DNA of 59,479 bases, counting the filler, from Sphacelaria rigidula (Eukaryota): NCBI GenBank assembly GCA_964200075.2. It is 3 parts of 3 records of this genome, joined end to end, with 100 filler letters (N's around TTAATTAATTAA, not from the genome) between each part and the next. Parts side by side here need not be neighbours in the genome. Positions count along the whole stretch, not along the records: positions 39,735 to 59,479 come from CAXNAA020000618.1; 2 more parts are not named here. One strand, written 5' to 3'. A program made the translations under genes and the position numbers. Below, piece by piece: positions 50,201 to 59,479 of this stretch (within the stretch, counting starts at the first letter, position 1; each line of letters opens with the position of its first letter). The notes under the pieces were generated by a model, which was not told where the DNA came from, ran no database searches, and saw nothing but the letters and a program-made list of their open reading frames with translations.

Positions 50201-53200
50201 AGCGCTACAACCCGTGAACGTCATACATGGCATCAAATGTCACCGTCACATCACTCAATGCCCACGACCATCAAACAGAACACGCGGAAAATGAACCATC
50301 GCAGAAAAAAAAGAAAAGACCAAGCGGCCGAGGTGGGGGTTGCTGCGGTGCTTCGGAAGGATGGACGGTCACTAGAGATGGTGTATCGCGCGGTCCAACC
50401 TGGCAATGCTCTTTCGATTCTTCCATGCCAACGGCAGTTCCGTACTGTACAGCATACGACACTACAGTGACCACCGGTAGATGAGACATGGGCAGCCTTC
50501 GTGTGGTGGCTACCCTCGAGTCGGGTGGACTACAGGCATGTCCGACCACACTGCAGCGCCGCCACTAACCCGGCATGGCTGTAATATACTGGAGCCCTCA
50601 CGTATATCGGCGCAGCGCAATTGCATGAAAATGGTATCGGCACGCCCCGGTGATCTAAGCGGTACGATCACACGATCACAAGTTGTGGCGGAAAGTTGCG
50701 GATTTGAACCCCGACAGTTGCGGCTTATCTGAGCGGCATGAGCAGCATGAGCAGCATCTGGTTTCCGGCTTTACGTTGAAAGCGTGAGGACGTGTGTATG
50801 AGAATACTGAACAAAATATTTCAAAGACAATCGATAGGGTGCGGTAGTGTTGGTCATCATCCTATCCTCGACAACAAAATGTCACAACACAGGTAGGTAC
50901 CAAGAGAGACAGAAAGAGGTAAGATATGCTGATTTTCTTCAGACCGCGGACTTGCCTCGAGCAAAGGCAACACTTTAAAATATATCGATCATAGAAAGTG
51001 GTACAGTGGATCGGACTTGTGACGAGATCAATTGAAACGCAACAGATTGCAGCACTGCACTCCAGGGACCGCACTACAATACAATACGTCGAACCCCGAC
51101 TGTATACCAACAGTCTCGAATACTGCGGAACGTGACACAAGTGTCGATTTCCTCGCACATTACTCTTAGCAGGATGCGAAACCAACCCAAACGAATAAGA
51201 AGACCACAATAAACATATAGAGTGTACACTTGCTATTTTCAGCTGTATTTTACGGCGCTTGCCAGTTCAAGTCTTGTCATTCTCCACTAGCTCCACATAC
51301 ATGCGTGCTCGTCCGAAGGACCCGTTCAAGTTGCAACCGGAATTCAAAAGCACAAGCACAAGCACAAGCATACACACCAACACACCAAAACACCAACCTG
51401 GAATACGCCTGTCTTGAGATCCTCGTACTCCAAAATGGGCCTGAGCTTCTCCTCAATGAAAGAATAGCACCCTGCAGTTCCAAAGACGTACTTGGGCAGC
51501 TTAACCGGAGGCAGACCCCCCTTCAACGCATCTGTCCAGTCCTTGATGTCCAGCAGCTAACATTGCATTGCATTCGTTTTCAGTGCGTTGCGTCAGGCGC
51601 CCGTCAACAGTGTAGCAGGGAGGTGCACACAGGAAGGGGGTAGGTACATCGGTTGATTGACTGATTGACCTTGAAAAACATACAAAACAACCGGCGACCC
51701 TCAACAAACGAAAAAGAAAATGATCGGCGGTGGCTTGCAGACGTCGTATGTCACCGGGGAAAATAGTATCACCATCACCATCACCATTATCATTATCATT
51801 ACCATCACCATCATCATCGCCATCGCCATTTGAGGCCTAACCATGAACCATAAATACGGTTTCTCCGAGCATAATCGGGGGGGAAAAGTTTCAATGACGG
51901 AAGTTCAGTCCCACTTTTCAAAATTCCCTGTTATACGTCGTTAAAGTGGTGCTGCATGTCGCCAGTCAAGGAAAGAGAGGGCGTTTTTCCAAACTTCTGT
52001 CTTGAGAACACAACGTTTTTTTTTATATCTTGAAAATTGTCGTTGTCTTCCACACACGGGGGGGTACTTCTGTCTCATCGTGGGAGGGAGGGAGGGGGAC
52101 GGATATTTAGATTCATTTGGTCAAGCTAGACTCTGGTAAGCGGCCGTCTCGACGTGCCGTGGGCCGAAGAAGACAGTGCCGCGCAGAAGCCACTTGTACA
52201 GCGGACGGTTGATACGTATCAAAGCGATGCCAACCCATGTCCCATTAGGAACAAGGTGGGTACACGGGTGCGAGATCAAAGTTCGGCGGAAAGAGCGTCA
52301 CCACACAATACAACACTACACTACAGTGCAGTACAGTACAGTACAATACACTACGCCTACCGTATCACACACTGCAGGGCCGGGACGCATTTGTCTGCGA
52401 CGTTTGTAACACACACCTACATGAATATTTTCTACGACTTACATACTATCAATAGCCACGATGTCGAGCAGCACTGGCGAACGTATTGCCGTAGCACGAT
52501 CATCCTTGATGGAGGCGATTCGATCGGGCGACTGTCGAACACTACCACAACTGATCCGCTATTGTGGGAATCCAGCCATGGTCAAACGGTAGGCATATTC
52601 AAGATGAAGAAACGTAAACACCTCACCGAGGAAACTTATCAAAGGGAGAACATGAAAAGGAGGGAAAGAATAAACACAGCAAAGTGGAAAGGAGACTAGA
52701 AGATAATAATAATAATAAAGCGGTGCTGGAGAAATAATGCATATTCACTTTCCGTCGCCAACCTTTTGCTGCATGTGCTCGATGATAGTCTCGATGACGA
52801 GGGGCAGGTCAGCGTACCCCAGCACTCGCACCATGCTCTCCAGGTGCATCGCGCCCACGAAGCGCCTTCCCACGGAGTACAACTGAACAAAAAACACGCA
52901 CGACACAAATTATAGTCGTCTCTCCAACAAGACATGTCGACGATAAAGCATGTGTGTGGCTTGTCGGAGATGACATCAGTATACAGCAACTACCAGAGAA
53001 AGAAGAGGCCAAGATATTAATATCCGGCAGCACGTAACACAGGGTACATGCACGGCTCACTTCGTTGGTCAAACGAAAACGTAGAAACTCTCATGTATGC
53101 AGATGACACCGCAGTATCACGGTATGTTACCTGAAGGCTTGCTTCCATCCGTCTCCCAAGCGGCACAACCATGTGACTAACACGACATGGTGGCTCAATC

Positions 53201-56200
53201 CCATCTCATCGCACGCTCAAACCAACGAATGTAAAGACGACGGGAGCGTGAAACAGAAACTTTTCAGTAGCGACGGCAGGGCACAACAATGATCCGGTGT
53301 AACCAACGAGGTATCAAGTCGGCGAGCGCCTTACGTAAGTCTCACGAACAATTCAGAGGCAACACACCGCACACCTGGTCGAACGCTTTGGTGCACATGC
53401 GACCACCTCCTAGGTTCTTGTCCATCGTGTTCGGCACCGACGGGTACTTCATCGGCTGCCGCGCGAGACACACACCAACAGCGGAACAGAGCGACGGGGC
53501 AGCAAGGCAACACAGCACCGAGCACACAAAAGCACCGACAAGGCAAGGAACGAGAGCACGCGGGCGAGGCAAAACCGAAATATCAAAACTGCTGGCTTGG
53601 TCCGGTTGACAAATATTAAGCTTCAGTCTTGATGGTCATCTTCGCTATGCGTTATTCCAGTAAAAAACCATCGTCACCCACTCTACCTTGCGCTAAACCC
53701 TACACTTCACACCACTTACGCATCGCAAGCTGTGGCGGCGACATCCATGTCCAACAGCGACCCAAGCACGAAAATAAGGCACGCATGAGCTTGCCGAAAA
53801 TGGGGCGATCATGGAAAGCATTGCAATACATTGCTGCGTCGATCATTGCCACACCGGGAACCCCAATTGCCTGATTGTCATCACGACACAGTCGTGTTCG
53901 ACATGCACCTCTCACCTTGATTTCGACGGGGCTCTTCACCAGGCGGCGGGTGGACGAGCAGAACCTGTAGTTCGCGAAGAGATCCAGTACCAGAGTCCGC
54001 ACTACATGCGCCACCACGCGCCCCATGCTGCCGGCCGGACCAACCACCTCGTTGGCCTCACCCCAAAGACTCAAGAAAGGATCCACCTAGTACACATACA
54101 GCACAGTGCGCGGTTCAACGGCGGTAAATGCGAGAGGCATGAGGGGTCATGAGGGGCCATCCACGTTGCATCACTCTGTGCTCATCTTCACCATCGTTTT
54201 TGATATATTCCGCACCGCATAATCCGGCATGTTGCCCGACCACTTCCGTCTTACTCTCCAGTATAAGGTCAAGCGCCTGTGGTAACACGACCACAGCCCA
54301 ACCTCTTACCTCGGTCTTGCACCAGCACCTTAGAGTCTCAGAGTCTACAGCTACGGTAAACCGCACAGGGAGAGCTACCTCAAATTTCCAGGTACCGTTG
54401 AAATATTTTCAAGTGTCTCACCCCCAACCCCGCCTGCTGTATGAGCGTGTGCGTCTGCTTGGCGGTTTCGATGGCCCCCTCCAGCTCCACGATGCCAGAC
54501 AGCCCGCCGCTTTCGAATCTTCGCAAAGCCAGCTCAAGATCCTACACATCGCATGGGTGGGGAAAAGTCGAAACGCGACGATATGAGCAACGTGGGCCAA
54601 CACATTGATCGACGTTCAACACACGGGCGACTTTTCCCCAAGAACTCCAACACCATCTAACGCGAAAGACACCGGCGGTAGCCAAAGCAAGCCTGGAGCA
54701 CAGAAACCATCGACATCTACGCAGTCAAGAATCACCCGAAAACATGAAGCAGGCTGTCAAAAGGCAGCAGTAACATGGGCGAAGTAGGGCTAACAACTGC
54801 ACCACCATAACGAACATACTCTGTCGAAGCTTACGCATATCAGCATCCAACAACACGCCTCGCATGCAGTGAGTAAGCGTGAAAGATTATTCACACCTCG
54901 CTTATCTTGAGGTTCATCGCCACGGACACCCTACGGGTGAGATCCACGGAACGCCCCAATAGCTGTACGTGCCGCTGCTGAACCGGTGTCTGTTGAGCCG
55001 GACAATACGAGATGCAAACGAGCAATCCATGCACAAAAGTAGGTGGGGCAAAATGCAGCCATTTGGGGCGAACGCCATAGAAGCAGAACATAACAAGCCA
55101 TGGGTTCATGCTGTCTACCTTGCGACATTGCCAAGTTAGTTTTTGTTACCGCACAACACGGCACAAAAATGCAAGCGAGGCGAGCTGGCAACGACGGATA
55201 CATAGATAATTCTGAAAAATGACTCGGGCTATCTTCAATCAACATATTTTGAGGTAATTCTCTCAGCCAGTCCTCCGCTTTGTCCACTCCATACCACGCA
55301 TTACTATTTCTCCCGTGTCACAACTGCACCCACGACTGCTCAGCATTGATATATGAGCAGAATGTATGCCGTCTACGGAACACGGAGCACCACAAGTCTG
55401 TTAAAAATAGACGGTACGTTTCCTCAAGAGCAATCACCGGGGTATCACCGGGTACACCAACACCTGTGCGTCCCCGAACACATTCTTCAGCTGCTCCGCT
55501 GGCCATTGTTGAAACCGAGGCACCACGGCATGAGCCCCGGTGGCAGAAATTAAACACGCACGTTGCGGTATTGCGACATTGAACCAAAAACAACGGGAGG
55601 AGGAAACAAGACAGAAACAAACCCCTCAACTAATGTACAAATCGTGCACATGAGCGGCAGTTTACCTCGTAGCGCCGGCGTCCGGGGAAATAGTGTCCCC
55701 ATCCCCTCCTTGCCTCGATGATCCTTTTGAACATCTTGTCCAGAGTAGTCGACGCCGCCCAGTCCTTGAAGTAGCCAAACACTTCGGCCTCCAGATCGAA
55801 CAGCAGCTGGTTGAACACAAGGTTCACCTCCGCCTACACGTACCAGCACAGGCACACACAAGAAATAAGACACAGAAATAAGACACAACTGTTCACGCGG
55901 AATACGCACGATAAAACCCACACTGATGCATGATGAATGAATTGATTCATTAGTTGTCTGACGTTTGAGGTGCCTCGAACTCGAGGGTCTCTGCATATTC
56001 AGCAGTGCTGCATACTGTTGAATACACCGGGAACATCGAGTTTGAGATATCTATATTGAGCGATGGGCGAACAATACAGCCCTGGTCAGAACAATCACGT
56101 ACCCAACAAAAATAAACGGCAGATCAATTTCGGCCATCTCTTGTCAAGGTAAAGTTACGGCAAAATCATAGCCTTCATCTGCGGCAAACTCGCTTGGCAC

Positions 56201-59104
56201 GTGATGGTAAAGGCCCAAACATTCAACCGCCCAAACATCCGCCCCGGACAAATTAGAACAGCACGGATTGCACGGATTGAGGCAACGACAATGGGAACAA
56301 CACGCTTCCCACGACCGCACGACCGCACGATTGCACCGGCACCAACACCAGCACCGGGAAGCCTATGCACCGCAACGCTCACCCAACAAAGAACGATCAC
56401 AATGATCTATATCTCTCCATCGAAGCTTCCTACTGCACCTGAATCTCGTTGAAGAGGTACTGACTGTTGAGCACATACAGCGCTCGGTGTGCCGCATCGT
56501 TGTACAAATCCAGCGCCCACAACATCTCCTCCACCAATACGTGCCCCATGCCCCCCGCTGCCCCGCCTTTCTTCTTCTTTTTGCTCTTTTTCCCGTACGA
56601 TGTTAGCGGCTCGTCCGCCTCGCCCCCTTTCGCCGCGCCCGGGTCCGAACTGGTAGAAACGGACCGGTGATGGCCGTCTGCTCCTGGTCCGGCGCCGTTG
56701 GCAGTGGAATTGGGATTTGCGCCGGAGTCCGACGAATGCAGAGACATGGCCCTTTTCGTCTTGACGATATGTTCCGTCAAAATCCATGGAAACGACATCT
56801 CGATCGGAAATTGGATCTCCTTTGTCAACTCCAAGTGGTATTCTCGGTACCTGGTGTGGAGGATGACACAATCGGCAAGAGTATGACGGCTTCCATCAAA
56901 TGACCACGCACTTCGGGACAGACACAGTTACTGCGTTTACGCAGCACGAAGCAATGCTGCTGCACACCATATCTTATACTTGCGCACACGACGCCGAACT
57001 TTCATGGCTTTGACAAGTAACAAAGCGATAGAGGGCCGAAGCAAGCGCCAAAGACTTATATTGTAGAGCTGCAGGAGGGGAGGGGGGTATGATGAGGGTA
57101 CTCATTTGTTGCTCGCCTTGGTCATTTGACCATCGACCGTTGACCACGCATCCCTTTCAAGTTGGAGAACCGCTCGTACTCCTAATGGAGACACCTCAAA
57201 AATTTGGGTGCTCATTACGCTTCTTCCATACATCACGCAAAAACAATCTACATATCTTGTCTCCTTCCTGTTTCGCCGTCTGTGGCCACCATCTGTCCCC
57301 TAGTGTAGCGATCGTTTTCTCGCTACTAGCTCGTGTACCAAACGATTTTATGCCACCTTTCCCCCTCTGACACGTCCCGTTCCTTCTTGTAAAGTTTACA
57401 TCCTCCCGCTACATGAGTTTTACTCTCTACTGCTTTGCAACAGGGGCAATTCTGTGCATCGACTTCTTCCTCCACCCGACGACTGGTATACCTATTTCTT
57501 CTTTCTGGCAACTCCAGGTGCCCCACCCTAAATCGCATTTTCAACTTTATCGTGTAGTCCATTGGACCGTGCAGATATGTTTTCATCCCTATTGCTTCTC
57601 TTAACCCCCAGTATATCTCCAGGTGCTCTTCCTCGCCCATTAGCGCTCCCTTGTTTCCAGCATGTCTCTTACTTTCATCTTGTACCCATCACATGCGCTA
57701 CAAGAGGGTGGGATGGGGGGGAGGCTCGAAGTGAATCCTGTTGATTGGTACAATGGGACACAAGATGCCTCGGTTCAAATTGGTCAAATAACACTTACCA
57801 GAGGTCTCCCAAGTCGGTTGTACACCGGATTGTGCCACCCAAGTCAAGCAGGTAGGGGAAGCCAAACGATTCCTCGTAGTATGCTCGAAGCAGGCCTAGG
57901 TCATCCCTGTTCAGATCCTCCCTGCCCAGTATTCCGCTGGCACCAATTAAGAGAACACGAACTTTCAGCACGCTTGTATTCATGACTACACGACTACTTG
58001 CCATCAAAACACAGCCATTTCAACGTACCAGCCCCCGCTCGCCCGCTTCTTCTCGATACTGTGCAGAATGGACTCTTTGGTAAGGCCATAAGATGCTGCT
58101 ATAGGTGGTGCACGCATCATACCATAGTCATCTCACGTGCGTCCGACCAATGTTTGCCGAGCCCTCTGCAAGGGTTCAAAGCATGCTGGCGACCATTTAC
58201 TTGGGATAAATACCACGAACACCCGGAAAGAGGAATGCATCGATCGGGTCGACAATAAAAGCACCACATACTCAAAACTCAACGACCCTCACTGTCTCCC
58301 AGACCGGACAAAATCATGCATGGGTCGAAGCACCCCTCTCCTTCAATACCCCTAACGTACTCGGGCAGAACTGCAACCATCAACACTCACGTGCTCTGTC
58401 GAAGCTCGCTGTTCTCGTCATATATGGCCCTAACCATCGCGCGCACCAGCTGAAGCTGGGTAGCGCTGGGCCCCACGACTCGTCTGGGCGCCGACTTCGC
58501 CTCTACCCTTCCCTGCGCTCTCTTGTACTTTATGTAGTCATCCGAAGGGGGTCCGCCTTCAGACCAGTCCGACACCATCGATCGGAGCTGCGGAGTGTCG
58601 ATACCACACGAGCGGAGCCACGAACGACACGTTTCAGGGTGAGGCATTCATCTTGTACCTGTCAACCTCTGGGCCGGGGTATGGGATATGGGGTATGACA
58701 AAAAGCGAAACTCCCGATGCTCACACGCCTACCATGTTTCCCACCGCTCCAACGATTTGTGGTTCGTCAAGCTTGATAGCCCAAAGCGGAGTGAAATGCT
58801 TTCAGCACAGTACAGCGGCAACGGAACGTAGTATAGTACTACAATATGGCAGCGACCTACCACGGTTCAGTGGCTTGTCCGGTTACGGAATATTCGCAGA
58901 GAAAAAGTCGCTTGGGTAGTGTCAGACCTGAAGCAGCTGCTTGACGATATCTCGCTTCTTCTTGAAGGCGCGATGCAACACCGGCACGAGGTCTCCCTGC
59001 GCCATCTGCTGCGTGGACGCGTGCACGTGTAGCCGCAACAACGGAGCCAACCTGCCCTCTGCCCGAGAAAGTAACGATCCCAGCGACTTCGTCATGGTGA
59101 TAAC
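41288..59104 (-). CDS. CYFIP: CYFIP/SRA1/PIR121 (WAVE regulatory complex subunit), 5'-truncated, with long C-terminal extension
   Basis: 21 phase-consistent exons: 59104-58928, 58587-58391, 57936-57799, 56850-56439, 55833-55666, 54989-54897, 54541-54422, 54086-53916, 53455-53375, 52882-52763, 51556-51398, 50169-49968, 49592-49429, 48590-48504, 48018-47879, 47665-47587, 47219-47071, 46713-46560, 45216-43165, 42815-42126, 41368-41288 (TAA). Hallmark motifs PRRVVGPSATQL, IQFPIEMSFPWILTEHI, LDLYNDAA, AEVNLVF, QRHVQLLGRSVDL, FREFGNA, FGDG, LLGQ..FELLDFSYH, VRIFHPP. Confidence 0.95.
44500..44604 (-). other. UBA domain coding segment within the large exon 45216-43165
   Basis: AEVIMEMGFSEHKARVALQRADGDVDQAVEWLLAN has the MGF loop, AL..gd...Av.wLL pattern typical of UBA domains. 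Confidence 0.9.
45496..45743 (+). mobile_element. piggyBac-like element end (copy 2) in a CYFIP intron
   Basis: CCCTTTTGGGAC..GCTTCATGTTGCTGAAAATCC..GTATGTAACC..AAGGAAGACCGA is shared with 39405-39634. Confidence 0.7.
48799..49130. mobile_element. MITE with 23-bp TIRs and internal ATACCTACGATACC repeats
   Basis: CCACAGGCACCGAAGGTAAGATA ... TATCTTACCTACGGTTCCTGTGG (2 mismatches). Located in a CYFIP intron. TSD unclear. Confidence 0.75.
50490..50760 (-). mobile_element. Possible tRNA-derived SINE remnant
   Basis: Pol III B-box-like GGTTCAAATCC on the - strand at 50700-50710. No clear A box or cloverleaf. Confidence 0.25.
51768..51830. repeat. (CAT/CAC)n low-complexity microsatellite
   Basis: ATCACCATCACCATCACCATTATCATT... 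Confidence 0.8.
57085..57725 (-). mobile_element. 5'-truncated non-LTR retrotransposon (LINE) 3' end in a CYFIP intron
   Basis: ORF 57640-57326 has KMRFRVG...CPCCKAVESKTHVAGGCKLYKKER, resembling the C-terminal CCHC finger of LINE ORF2. The 3' motif recurs near 37985 and 59447. Confidence 0.75.
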
Positions 59105-59479
59105 CTGATTGCACCCACAGTGATGAGACGCAGGAGTTCATCTATGTTCGACCAACGACATGTAGCTACGTTGCGTCGTAGTCAAGGACACGGCGCCCTC
59201 GCCGAACAAACGAAACACAAACCTCGCGTGTACATGCATTATCGCCAACACGACAGCATCGCGTGGGACTTGAATCAGAGTAAGAGTACGTGGCGCAGCA
59301 TCCTGCCAAATCATTAGACCAAAGTCAGTGCGCTGCTCTATTGTTCGATGATGAAGTGCAACACAGCACCGGCGGAGAGATGAGACACGAAAGGTGGCTA
59401 CATTTCGGGAGAGGCGTGGTGGGGGTGTGTGCTCAAGATCATGCATGCCATAGTCATCTGACCATTGACCTCGCATTCC

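Noticed and set aside
50690-50760. tRNA gene
   Set aside because: Only a B-box-like word is present and no cloverleaf could be folded.
54422-54434. Non-canonical GC donor in CYFIP
   Set aside because: A canonical GTGAGA donor 12 nt further gives a better fit to the family spacing (THTLIQQAGLG/VDPF).

Overview
Eukaryotic nuclear DNA, most likely from a brown alga or related stramenopile. This is inferred from intron-rich genes, CAG-rich low-complexity DNA and a signal peptide + AAF bipartite plastid leader. The window is not one locus. It consists of three segments of almost equal, decreasing length (1-19772, 19873-39634, 39735-59479) joined by artificial 100-nt N44-TTAATTAATTAA-N44 spacers. 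Segment 1 holds a decayed Ty3/Gypsy LTR retrotransposon (gag, PR, RT, RH, INT, a chromodomain-like module and a second putative reader domain) with a nested TA-flanked MITE, plus the 3' part of a Dispatched/Patched-like RND membrane protein gene (- strand). Segment 2 holds a 4-exon EF-hand gene (- strand) with an in-frame TAA. Head-to-head with it is a plastid-targeted DCC/DUF393 thiol-disulfide oxidoreductase gene (+ strand), whose 9.7-kb first intron is full of TE debris, including a USP-like protease fragment next to a hAT dimerisation domain. Segment 3 holds 21 exons of a CYFIP/SRA1/PIR121 (WAVE regulatory complex) gene. Instead of ending after the conserved F-x-P-P terminus, it appears to splice in frame into a ~1000-aa Pro-rich/UBA/Gln-rich tail, which is the most notable observation. 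All gene models were built by hand from splice signals, exon phase and remembered family motifs. No database searches were run.
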